Part shown: in pieces, positions 22,738-34,950 of the stretch | How the letters are laid out: every line of letters starts with the position of its first letter | Position numbering within the stretch: the stretch's first letter is position 1 | NCBI GenBank assembly: GCA_964199315.1 | Contig: OZ116708.1 | Coordinates: 9,548,001 to 9,612,000 of the forward strand | From: Orbicella franksi | Taxonomy: Eukaryota | DNA length: 64,000 bases | Direction: 5' to 3' | Notes under the pieces: generated by a model | Seen by the model: the letters and a program-made list of their open reading frames with translations, nothing else | The model's database searches: none | Told to the model about the DNA's origin: nothing | Position numbers and translations under genes: made by a program

Positions 22738-25484
22738 GGGAATCCAAGTGCCCTTAAAGGTATAGAACCTGAAACAAAAACAGACAAAGTGTCAGAATCT
22801 GACAATGACTTGGACTCTGGTGAACCTGGAGATGAACACCCTGAATCAGAGACAGAAGAACTGTCAGGATCGGACACTAATTGGGACTCTGGTGAACCTA
22901 TAGATGAGGACCCTGAATCAGAGACAGACGAACTGTCAGGATCAGACACTGACTGGGACTCTGGTGAACCTAAAGATGAGGACCCTGAATCAGAGACAGA
23001 CGAACTGTCAGGATCAAACACTGATTGGGACTCTGGTGAACCTGAAGATATGGAGCCTGAATCAGAGACAGATGAACTATCAGGATCAAACACTCACTGG
23101 CACTCTGGTGAACATGGAAAAGAGGACCCTGAATCAGAAACAGATGAACCGTCAGGATCAGACACTGATTGGGACTCTGGTAAACCTGAAGATGAAGACC
23201 CTGAATCAGAGTCAGACAAACTGTCAGGATCAGACATTGATTGGGACTCTGGTGAACCTGGGGAAGAGTACCCTGAATCAGAGACAGACAAACTGTCAGA
23301 ATCGAACACTCATTGGGACTTTGGTGAACCTGAAGATATAGAGCCTGAATCAGAGACAGATGAACTGTCAGGATCGGACACTGATTGGGACTCTGGTGAA
23401 ACCGGGGAAGAGGACACTGAATCAGAGACAGACGAGCTGTCAGGATCAGACACTGATTGGGACTCTGGTGAACCTGAAGATATGGACCCTGAATCAGAGA
23501 CAGAAGAACTGTCAGGATCGGAAACTAATTGGGACACTAATGAACCTGAAGATGAGAACCCTGAATCAGAGACAGACGAACTGTCAGCATCGGATACTGA
23601 TTGGGACTCTGGTGAACCTGAAGATGAGGACCCTGAATCAGAGACAGACGAACTGTCAGGATCAGACACTGACTGGGACTCTGGTGAACCTGAAGATATG
23701 GAGCCTGAATCAGAGTCAGATGAACTATCAGGATCAAACACTCACTGGGACTCTGGTGAACATGGAAAAGAGGACCCTGAATCAGAAACAGACGAACCGT
23801 CAGGATCAGACACTGATTGGGACTCTGGTAAACCTGAAGATGAAGACCCTGAATCAGAGTCAGACAAACTGTCAGGATCAGACATTGATTGGGACTCTGG
23901 TGAACCTGGGGAAGAGTACCCTGAATCAGAGACAGACAAACTGTCAGAATCGAACACTCATTGGGACTTTGGTGAACCTGAAGATATAGAGCCTGAATCA
24001 GAGACAGATGAACTGTCAGGATCGGACACTGATTGGGACTCTGGTGAAACTGGGGAAGAGGACACTGAATCAAAGACAGACGAGCTGTCAGGATCAGACA
24101 CTGATTGGGACTCTGGTGAACCTGAAGATATGGACCCTGAATCAGAGACAGAAGAACTGTCAGGATCGGAAACTAATTGGGACACTAATGAACCTGAAGA
24201 TGAGAACCCTGAATCAGAGACAGACGAACTGTCAGCATCGGATACTGATTGGGACTCTGGTGAACCTGAAGATGAGGACCCTGAATCAGAGACAGACGAA
24301 CTGTCAGGATCGGACACTGACTGGGACTATGGTGAACCAGAAGATATGGAGCCTGAATCAGAGACAGACGAAGTGTTAGGATCAGACACTGACATGGTCT
24401 CTGGTGAACCTGAAGATGAGGACCCTGAATCAGAGGAAGACGAACTGTCAGGATCCGACACTGATTGGGATTCTGGCAAACCTGAAGATATGGAGCCTCA
24501 ATTAGAAACAGATAAGCTATCATTGGACACTGAGTGGGGTACCCAAAAAAAGAATGTCGATAGCAAAGAGTTGGTCATTTCAAGTGAATTGAACAAACTG
24601 CTGAAACTCAAGCACATCAATTTGGGAAAACATCTTTCCAAGAAAGTTGCACACCTGCTGAAATCAAGACCAAGCCTATTGGCCTCTTTTCATAAGGAAT
24701 TAAAGGATACCAGCCATCATTCTTCTAAAGTGAGAGATGCTCATTTACGCGGATTGCCAAAGTCCATACATGGGATAACCATGAATGCAAACGAACAGGG
24801 TCGAGAGATTGATGACCTAGTGAGTAACAGTGCACCTGAAGATATGGAGCTTCAATCAGAAACAGATAATCTGTCATCGGACACTAAATGGGGTTCCGGT
24901 GCTCCTGGAGATGCCGACCCTAAATCACAAGTAGATAAAGTGCCATTGTCTGCCATTGAGTGGGACGCTGGATCACCTCAAACTCGTGAACCTGAATTGA
25001 AGCACAATGTATTTTCATCACCGGATATTGAGTCAGATACTGCTGGAGTTCCAGGAGCAGTGGAATCCAAAGTAATGCTGCCGGAACGATCTCAGTTGTC
25101 CTCGCAAGATAACCCAGAATCTGTCCCATCAGTGGAAGCCCCTGAACAGGACACAATTAAAAAACAGAAATTGAAATTGCCCACAAAACATTCCAATACT
25201 GTGGTTATGAAAAAGCTTCTTTTCAAAGACAAGGAATTCGAGACAAAAAAAGCGAATGGTTTGCCACTGGAAATCCCAAAGAAATCTCATGGGAAAAATG
25301 GTCATGTAAATCTCAATATTAGATTGGAGTCACTTGGTAATCAGGGTGTTCATACCAAGAAAGGAAAAAGGAAAAATTCAGAAAGGGAAAGTGGAGGAGC
25401 TGTTGCTAGGGTTCTAATTACGTTATTCGTCGTTGGAGGACTGTTGGTGGTATTATTGATGGCTGCCTGTTTCGCGTTTGCTTG
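22738..25484 (+). CDS. Acid-rich membrane protein, main exon: 24 x 24-aa D/E/S-rich repeat, second basic block, linker and TM helix
   Basis: Acceptor ttttactgttatag, 2747-nt open frame, TM VLITLFVVGGLLVVLLMAACFAFAW, donor TG|GTAAGT at 25485. Confidence 0.85.
22792..24519 (+). repeat. Coding minisatellite: 24 x 72 bp (SGSDTDWDSGEPEDEDPESETDEL) with a 648-bp (9-unit) higher-order duplication
   Basis: Direct reading of the translation. Units 4-12 (23008-23655) recur almost exactly as units 13-21 (23656-24303). Confidence 0.95.
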
Positions 25485-25747
25485 GTAAGTTAAAATTATG
25501 TACTTTATTATGTTATTTCTATACTTTTGCTTGGATGTTATAAACATGTAGCTACCACCATCACGAGCTACACATATCCGGACCCTTCATTATTTAAATT
25601 TATTTTGCTAAAATTCATCCAACATTAGTTAGGATTCACAGGCATCACTATTCTCGGTGACCGAAAAATCTTGACCCCAAGCAAAATGATTCCCTGGGAA
25701 GCGCTGCCACTCATGTAGTCAGCTTACACACATATTATTGCAAAGTT

Positions 25748-25770
25748 AATAATACATGAAAAAATTACGC

Positions 25771-25803
<33 letters not shown>

Positions 25804-26130
25804 TGCAACACCAGTGCAAATTACACATCGTAATTCTGGATTATGATTGACTGAAGGACAATAGGAAATTTTCTAAGCCAATGATATCGCGTAAAGTAAT
25901 GAAGAAACTTTTGTGCGGAACCTTTGAAAAACGTTTTCTCGAATGAGGAAAAATGGCTTCAAGAAAGATCTTCTGGCACTTCCTCCACGCGAAGTTCTTC
26001 ATGTTTATATTATTAATAAGTAATAATACGATTTTTTACGTTCACTTTGGAGTTAATGTGCACTTGTGAGTTTTTTCAAAAGTTTACTCGTGCAAATCAG
26101 TTCAAAATTGAACTCGAAACCGTATTATTA
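25748..26130. mobile_element. Non-autonomous insertion in the paralog B intron
   Basis: Absent from the paralog A intron (caaagtaaatgtcttc). Ends TAATAATAC / GTATTATTA are inverted. Confidence 0.55.
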
Positions 26131-26185
26131 CCTATACAAATGACTTCAACAGACTCAATTAATGCATTGTTATGTTTTTGCTCAG

Positions 26186-26364
26186 GCCACTGAGAGAGTA
26201 TTATCAACAGTTATCCCAGCGAGTGAACAACAGAGACGTGGAATCTGGGCAGGGTGATGGCCATGACCTCCAGAGCATCAGAGTGGATAGAAACCAACCT
26301 CCAGCAAGTCAACCTCAGCTTTACTACTCAACTTATCGGCCGGAACCTACGTCAGTGAATCCAG
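26186..26364 (+). CDS. Acid-rich membrane protein, juxtamembrane cytoplasmic exon (WPLREYYQQLSQRVNNRDVESG...LYYSTYRPEPTSVNP)
   Basis: ttgctcag acceptor and CCAG|GTGCAA donor. 179 nt, phase 2 in and phase 1 out. Conserved with 1090-1250. Confidence 0.7.
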
Positions 26365-26743
26365 GTGCAAAAACATTTTCAAATCAATAGGTTAGGTTAC
26401 AATATGCGTACCTTTTGGCCTTTTTGGTCAATATACTTAATTTACATGGCGGTTGACGTTCCGTATCTTAATGTACCTGAAATTTACCCTGTAATGTGCT
26501 GAAGGAGTCGGAGTGAAAGCAGTCGAAGGCTGATATTTCACCCTATTCTTCCTTTGTGCTCTTGTTACTTCCTCGCGTGTTTTATAAACAGAACAAAAGA
26601 GATGCACAGAACAAAGCACGGCCAATCCTGTTTTGTTTTTTTTGTTTGTTTGTTTTTTTGTTTTTTGGTAATTTTGGTTAATTCATTTCATTCGTTGAAA
26701 CAGTGGTGAAGATTCAATCAATCATCAACTCTTTTTATGGCAG

Positions 26744-27315
26744 GAAATAGCCGCAATGTACGTGTGAGTGACAGGCAGGCCTACTCCCGTGGAGGGGTGC
26801 AAGCTTATCAAACCACAAGCGCACACTACAAGGGCAAGGAAAAGACAAAGGATGACGTTATTTCTGACGACAAGAAGAGGGACCCTCGAAATGTGGAAAG
26901 GAGGAAGATTATCAAACAGCAAACTTCCCAAAGAAGAACCTCGTTTGCTGACAGCATCGCTATCGCCAAATCAGTTATCGATGGGCATTCTAAGACCAAA
27001 CAGTTCGAGAAGAAGGCCTCTGAAAGGCGGCGAGTGATCAAACAATCGTCATCCACTCCTGGCTCATCAACTGGCGAGAAACAACGGTCTTTTATCCAAG
27101 AGCTTGAAACCGCTTGTTCGGTAATATTGCCAGGCGCTGATCACCAAAAGAGTGTGGAAAAGTCAAAAGACAGACGTCGCACAATTAAGGATCAATCTGC
27201 TGGAAAGAGACGGCGATCACTGGCAGAGGAGATTGGAGATGCTAAGAAAGTTATTGTGGATAGTGAGAGGAAGTACGAAATATCACCTGCTGTAGTGGAG
27301 GAGGTCAGAGATTAA
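26744..27315 (+). CDS. Acid-rich membrane protein, terminal exon (cytoplasmic tail ending VVEEVRD*)
   Basis: tttttatggcag|GA phase-1 acceptor. ORF is conserved with the paralog A ORF at 2265 onward. Confidence 0.7.
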
Positions 27316-28855
27316 AATGCAATTTCTCTTTTTAATACCAATACAGTCACCCATGCGAGAGGTCACAATCTCGGGGTGTGTGGACCCTGTTAGTCTTTAT
27401 GTAGGACACTGAAACTTTTATCCTATACTAGACCACTATCAGTTTGATTTCGCAACCCCATTCTGGAATTGGCACCAAAAACCCTACCCTATCCCAGACT
27501 TGCTATTTTCCATGCTGCAACTTTATCACTATCGTAATCCAGCATACGTTAACCAAAGAAATATCTTATGTAATCACTTCCGAGTTTCAATTTCCATCAT
27601 AGAACTCCAGGTAAATTATTTATACACTTGCCACTTCCCGGGTAAATTGTACCCTATTCTAGACCAAAACTGTCTGATATCTCTACCCTATACCGGACTA
27701 AACTACCCGAAAACCACGCCCTTCACAGCAGCATATAAATGGAATAATGACGGGAAATACCTTGTAGAAATAACGTTATGGTATCGTATCTTATCGCATC
27801 GCATCGTACATAACTATATGGCTTATATATGGAAGTACCCCTCCCCCCGGGGGTACTTCCATTTATAAGCCACTCGCCATCTATTCTATTGTAGATAGTG
27901 AGTGACCTTAAGCAGTGTGCGGTTGTTAACGAAATGGCGGCCGCTTCTTTTTAAGGATTAGATAAAGCTTTGAATGACTGGCAGTTTTATCTAAAACAAG
28001 TAAGTTGCTCGCTCCTGATTTCTAGGCGTGATAGAAATCCCGCGCACATAATCAAAGTGTTAAAGAGAAGCATGGCTTTCAGTATATGTGCAACACCTGT
28101 TGTTTTGTCTCCAGCCCAATAGGCCACATTCGATGTATCAATATTCTAGCATGGCTCCAAAGCTTTCAGGACTGACTTCTATATTTGATGCTGTCTTTGT
28201 ATCCAAGTCTCTTTTGGGAATTGAGGGACAAAAGAAACTTAAAAAATCTACAATTTTGACCCGAAAGCCTCGGAACCATGTTAGAATATTGATATATCGA
28301 ACGTGGCCTATTCACAATTTTCCTTCTTTGTTTTCGACAATGACAGATGACTGTTGGACAAAAGCCACGTACTTGCGAGAGCTACAGCTATTCTGATATA
28401 CTGGACCTCCCCCTATTTAAGGATAAGCGGTCTGGACCAGAGGCATCTAAGGCTAAGAGAGCTGCCCAGAGTCGTGATGTTGACAAGTCTACAAGGTGAA
28501 TAATTTATTATTATGGCTCATTCGCGACTGGTGCGGTGGTCCAGTTGTTAGGTCATGAATTGTTGAACTAGAATTTAGAGATCGTATCCTAAGCCCTGGC
28601 TGGCTTTGGGGTAAGATACGTCTTTCTATCAGAGTGACTCTCTCTGTTCCAGAATATAAATTATTGCCAAAAACTGGATCATTGGATAAGGTAGGTTAAG
28701 ACTTTTCATTGGCTAAGCGAGCATGGTGTATGAGTCATTAGACCATACTCTTCAAATATGGTCATCGGAAGCGTACTTTTTTGGTGCATACTTATATATA
28801 TATATTTTTTTAATTTTAGTTATCTATATTTCGGGGGAGTTTTCTAATAAAACAA

Positions 28856-29087
28856 CATTCTCGCCCCCAGAGGCCGGGCTCCTTTTGGTCGGCAACGAGA
28901 ATCGCGAACTGTGACCGGACCCGATTTCCTGAGCATGCGCAGAGTTTTCGTTTACTATTCTCAGCCAATCTGATTTGTCAGATTTGACAGAGAGTCCGTG
29001 AATCGCGGACTTCCGGTGTTGGAGCGGCCCAGAGGTCGCGATTCTTGGTGCTGACCAAAAGGAGCGCTGCCTCTGGGGACAAGAATG
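28856..29087. mobile_element. MITE with about 50-bp TIRs
   Basis: CATTCTCGCCCCCAGAGGCCGGGCTCCTTTTGGTCGGCAACGAGAATCGCGA versus the reverse complement of the right end, CATTCTTGTCCCCAGAGGCAGCGCTCCTTTTGGTCAGCACCAAGAATCGCGA. Confidence 0.8.
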
Positions 29088-29665
29088 ATAAAACAATTAT
29101 TCCACTCGCGCTTGTTGGATGTGAAATGGTTATAGCCAACTCATATCCAATGCGAGATTGTGGAATGATTGTTATATGATATTATTACTACTCGCAATAT
29201 CTTGGTTCAACAAAGGATGTGAAAGGAAAATTACTCATGATTATCAGTTGAGTAAGGTGCGACGAAAGTTTGCTGACCAGGGTTTAACGTTCAAGTTCTG
29301 TTGTTGTCACGGGCAACTGGCTCCGTTTCCTGTGGCAACTTGTCGGCCTTTGACATCATTAGCAGCCAAGTGCGCAAAATTGTAGGCGGCGATATTGTTA
29401 CCATTGGAAACAAGGAAAGTTGCCCGTGGCAACACCGTAATTGTAAGGCCAAAACTTCTTCACCAATTACTAAGCTGATAATCGTAGTATCATCTTGTTC
29501 AGGGGAAGGCAATAATTATTCTGTTCACTTCATAAGTCACTGAATGGAAACTAAAGAAGTGCCAGACAGTATTAGTCAATAATTTGTTTTTGGTAGAAAA
29601 AAAATGCGGTGTGTATTTTCTTAAACTTTTTGGTATTTTAACAGAATTCTGCTTTTCTTTGCTAG

Positions 29666-30951
29666 AGGTTTGCCTGGACGCCAGCAGGTCAGGAATAATA
29701 AGTCTGCATCGAAAAGGAGTACTTCTAAAGCTGACCAAAGTGAGGATGTTGAAGAGATGAGCAGGTAAATATTACTTACTTGTGACAGGTGTTATAAGAA
29801 TGTGTTTTATAAGAATATCGAGGCTGAAATTGGCAAAATTTTAAGAATATCTTAAGAATAAATCAGAGCCTGAGATTTTGAAAAGAGAATCACTTTGTGT
29901 GTTCAAAATTTGTAAATACAATTCAATTACATGTTTTTTTTTTAACTAAACCGTACAAGATTCTTCCTTTCTCTAGATGCAATCTAGCATGTATGTGAGG
30001 CAATTTAGGGTTATTTTGTAGCTTAGGAATTTAATTTTTGATGTTCAAAGTAAACAAGTTGTTTTCTTTTTTTCATCGCGGAATTTTCTAAAAGAAATAG
30101 AAAACATGTTCTCCGTGTTTCTATTGAGTTTTAGTATATATCTACCAGCGTTCTATCACGAATGCCGCTCTCTGACTGGCTACGCTAGGCAAAATGTATC
30201 TATTCTGTTGCAGATAGAGAGTATATAGTAGTTTTCACTGGGGGGCCGCTTCTTTGCGTTTCCGAAATGTCTTTGAAAGATAATTTAGATTAAAGTTTTG
30301 AACGACTTCTAGATTTTTACAGAAAATAATTAGCTTATTCGCTCTTGATTTCTATGCGTAACAGTTGACTCGAGCTGAGTCTTCGTCAACCATCACGCGA
30401 TAGAAATCTCGAGCTCACAATCCACTTATTAAATAGAAACACGATTTTTAACCAATAAGCGCGCATATTTTCTTTGGGCTATTGTCTAAAATCATTTGTA
30501 AATACCACCAACGCTATTTCTAGAATTGCTAATTTCTTGAGCATATACTCTGGCCAGCATTGCCAAGGTCATATTCATGTCATATTTATGATTAAAAGCT
30601 TCCCTCAAGTCTTATCTATATATTAGATTACACTTGAACCTACCAATATAGTTGAACCTCTCAATATAACAAAAACTAGTTCGAACGGATAGTTGGGGCT
30701 GGTAGCAAATGACTGAGAAAAAGCCAATATCGAAGGGAAAATAATTTGAGTATACGAGATAACGTGGAGTTTAAGCTGATCAAGGTTCATTTGTAATCAC
30801 AAGTCATGTATGCATTATTTTAAGATTCAGCTATCTGGATTTAATTGTTCACTGGTTAGGGGCTTGTCTGGGCTTGTATTCGACAGCGATGATGAGGCTG
30901 CCTGGGATCAAGTTTGAAGATGATGATTAAGACTCCATGTTTGAAACTGAG
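29666..30951 (+). pseudogene. Two orphan exon-like segments (29666-29764 and 30860-30951), possibly a decayed gene fragment
   Basis: First: tttgctag acceptor and CAG|GTAAAT donor, 99 nt, phase 2-2, open (GLPGRQQVRNNKSASKRSTSKADQSEDVEEMS). Second: phase-2 compatible (RGLSGLVFDSDDEAAWDQV*) but stops early. Confidence 0.3.
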
Positions 30952-31054
30952 GTACCTGTATCTAATATGTTATCTTAATTAACAATTATAGATCCGTAGC
31001 CCGCAAGGGCTACGGGTCAATAGCCCACCAAGCGAAGCTGAATGCTCTATTGAC

Positions 31055-31088
<34 letters not shown>

Positions 31089-34000
31089 TAATATCACCCA
31101 ACTAGTCGGACAGAAAAGGCAATAATAAAGTTTGCAAATGCAAGTTGAAGAAATCTTCATTTGGGTATAAAACAAAAGAAAGCGTCACGCTCGATTGCGC
31201 CAATTTTGCCACTCGAGGACTATTACTAATAGTCCTCTAGTAGCGCAGCCAGTTAAAATGCAGGATTTGCATTCGTTCACTAGTTGGGTGATACTAATAG
31301 ACGATATTCATACTCTCGGTGTTCTCGGTATTAGACTGGAACTAGCTTGAAACCGAGGCTAATGCGAGAAGTCTTCTCAAATGCAAATGACATCAATCTC
31401 TTTTTAGTGATATTTCCCCGCATGAACCTCCTTTGCAAGCTAGTTTAAGTCCAATACCGAGAATACGAAAATTGCCAATTAAAAGTTCAGTGTATGGCAA
31501 CCAAAGCTCTGGAATCTATTGCATAGGAACTGAATTTTACAGCGCATGTCAGATTAGTCTGGTGGCAACTTAAATTCGGTGCGAGTTGAACATGATGTAC
31601 GGGGTAAAGTTAATGGATAGTCCAGTGGTTTCTGGATCCTTGTCTTGGGAGTTATGTTATGTTTGCGATCGATACCTGTTACTCTCGTACTGCTTCTCTC
31701 CGTCCAGGATGATAAAGTGTTATTGCATGGCGAATACTAATTAAAGACACCCTTACATATAATCCTTAGGGTCAACAGCGAAATGCTGGCTAGCATCCCG
31801 TTCAGGTGGAGGTGGGGAGGGGAGAGGGGGGGGGGGGGGTTAGAAACATTCCTAGCTAGTCGCTTTAGAGCCTACCCTGTAAGCAACAATCGCAGACGAA
31901 AGTAGCAGGCCAGAGCGAGAGGGCAACTTGCTTGGTACTTGGTGCCCCAACATTTCTTTCTGGGACTGAGGATCTCGTTTGGAAATCACACGCACCAGCG
32001 GCGACGAGGCGTGAACAAGGTTCATGCTATCGCCGGTTCGTTCTTTTGCGACACAAACGTTACCCTGTGCAGGCTACTAGTGCAGTGGTTATACGGACCA
32101 CTCAAGGCTCGAACATGCTCTTGACCTTCAACGAGGATAGTTTACATATAATCGTCGGTATTATAGCAGCTCTCGTAAGCTTGTAATTCTATTTGTCGTC
32201 ATTGCAGCTGCAGTTATTGTTTTGGGGCTAGGGGCATTGTTTCTGTTTTTTGATCTATTGTTCTCTTAAAGGGTTTCAAGCCATTCATGTGAGACCTTAC
32301 GAGAGCTGCAACATGAACCAATCTTCCATGCTTTCTACTGATCAACAAAAAGAATCTGCACAACCTTCCAATTGCAAACTAACTTTCCTAAGACTATAGT
32401 GAATAACTTTTATGCTGACTATGTGTTTTTCGTTTTCTTTACTTTCAGTTACCGAGGAATTTGTGAAAATGTTTTGGACCTAAAAATTGTCTGTAGATTT
32501 CTTGAAGATGTTCTAAAAACTGTTTATTTCCAAAACAAAAAAAAACTGCTCATAACCTTAAAGTGCTTGTCAGTATATCAAGTCTGTGAAAACCGTGCAT
32601 GAAGATAATCTTGTGAAAGTGGCCTATCTTGAGCTTAATAACACTTGTGAGTTTGTAAAACTGTGGACTTTTATGAAGATGGAGTTGTAAAACCTGTTTC
32701 AAAACGTTCTGTGAGTTTATAATAAAAGTCTTCGGACTACGTGAAAATGATGTTTGTGACGTCTACTACCTTTTAAACTTGCTAGCGATACATTTTCAAC
32801 AGACGTTACCAAAATCAGTGCAGGTTTTAATAGCGTGTGCTGTGGTGAAATCAAGGATAAAAGTCGAGTCCAGCAGAAACCCAAATACACCCTAGCCGGC
32901 TAGAACGGTCTGACCATGGCTGGAAGGGCCTCGAGGGCACTGGCTGGGAGTAACGTGCCAGGGGTGGGGGGAGGGGGGAGGTGGAGAGAGGGGATTGGGC
33001 GAGAGGGGGGGGGGGTGATTGAGCAGCGGAGGCTCTTTCCCTCCCGCCCCCTCCCTACTCTCTCCTCTTTCTTCTCGCTCTCTCTTCGCCCCATCGTCGA
33101 CTAGCTAGAGAGCCTGGCTAATATAGGACGACAGGCTGATCATGTAGAGTATAAGCGAAAGACCCATATTATAGTTGTTGATTTGTCAAAGTTTCATAAA
33201 CATAAAAAAAAAGAACATGAGACCGCTTAGGTTGAATGTTCGACATCGGGGTTGAAAAATATCGATTTAATTAGAACACAGTCGGTGCGTAGGAGTCTGT
33301 CACGCATCGATCCTTTGACCCAAAAGGCACAATTGTGGGGGGGGGAGGGGCTCGTCTGAGTATCTTATATCCCGTTATCATGAGTTTCGTGACTTAAATA
33401 TCCCATATCCCGCTAATTCCTGTTGCGACTTTCTTACTCGATATCCCGTTTTATCTGATCTAAATATCCCATATCCTATTAATCCCACCCCCCCCCCCCA
33501 AATATCCCGTCACCCCAGTTTAAACGTCGCTTTCTAACGAAAAATCTTCATAGAAATGTTAGAGACCGTGACTAAGCCGTTCCACCCAAAAGGGGTGCCT
33601 TTTTCAGGCTTTTTCAGGCCGTTTTTAACCGTTTAGTCAGGTTTTTTAGCTGCCATGACGCTAAATAAGCCTAAGTTGTGCTAAAAAAGCTTTTTTTTTT
33701 TTGCTAAAAGGAGAGCTTTTTCGAGGATTAGGTACAAAATTGAGCAAAACTTCAATTACGGGCATGCGCATAAGCCAAAATTTGGACTGAATTTTTTTTT
33801 GTTTTTTGTTTTTTTTTGCCATTAACCGTTCTCAATTTCGTTTGTTGGCCCTTTCCTTTCTGTTTTTCTCTGCCCTTTTACACTGGCTACCTTTTGCATT
33901 GTATGTTCTTTCTGGCTGCGGTGAAAAGTTGGATGTTAATTACGGGCGAAGCCTAGAAATGGACCTTGATCAATCATAGGCGTTGTGGACCATTTTACCA

Positions 34001-34950
34001 CCGTTTTTGCACCAAAACTGATAACCTTGTTTTTTGATTTGCGACGTCGGAATGTCGTCGATATCTAAACCTCACCATTGTGCGGAAAGGGCTAGCCTAG
34101 TACTACTATCAGCTTATCAAGATTATCTAATGACATTTAAATTGATGACGTCACAAGTGGTACAAAGAACACGACCATTAACTACGCATATATGCGTAGT
34201 TGGTATTCAAAGGGTTAAGGTATGTAAAAGGGTAGGGATTTCACAAGTTGAGGTGTATATTTTAGGGTAGAGAAATCTGTCATATGGCAAAAGATATCAG
34301 TGACGTCACCTATTGTTATTAATATGCCAACCAGAGACCTATTGGCTAGTGAAACAAAGAATTCATCTGTTTAACGCTTTGAACACTTAAATAACAAAAA
34401 CAATGTTTGTAAACAAATATATCCCTCATAGGTTTATCGTGAACAGGAACTGAATAAATGATACTTGTTTTTTTGGTCAACATCTCTTCTAAGGGTTCAT
34501 TCCAAGGGTTTAGAAAAGAAATGCAGGGTTCTTAAGTGAATATGTGAAAGAGGTTCCTTTGTTCAATAAAAGGCAAATGAAAGGGGTACCTTGTTTGTCA
34601 AAGTGGTATTCAGAAAGGTAAGGGGATGGACCTCGGGGCAGAGACCCCACGATACAAAACTTTGTAGAGTACCCCCGGTTATCATGGTCATCTTTCCTTG
34701 TGTTATCCCAATTTAGCACCCATCCATAGAAATCCTTCTAATCTCAAATTTCCAAAGTATGCAAGTTCACACATGAAGTTGGCCTTGGCTTGGCTAGTAT
34801 TGAAATAAATCTCTGACAACTATGCATGTTTCAAAATAAAAACATCCCTTTTTAATTAAGGAAGATTTGGTCATATAACATCTGATTGTTGCATGTGAAT
34901 ATATTAAAGTGGTTTCCTACAATGATACATAATTTTCCACATTTGTCTCA

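Noticed and set aside
22665-24523. Several Ser-rich minus-strand ORFs and alternative-frame plus-strand ORFs
   Set aside because: They are shadows of the 72-bp coding repeat, are broken by stops and have no splice or start context.
31932-32186. 84-aa ORF ending in a hydrophobic stretch
   Set aside because: No convincing start or acceptor, no recognisable motif, and it is flanked by SINE remnants.
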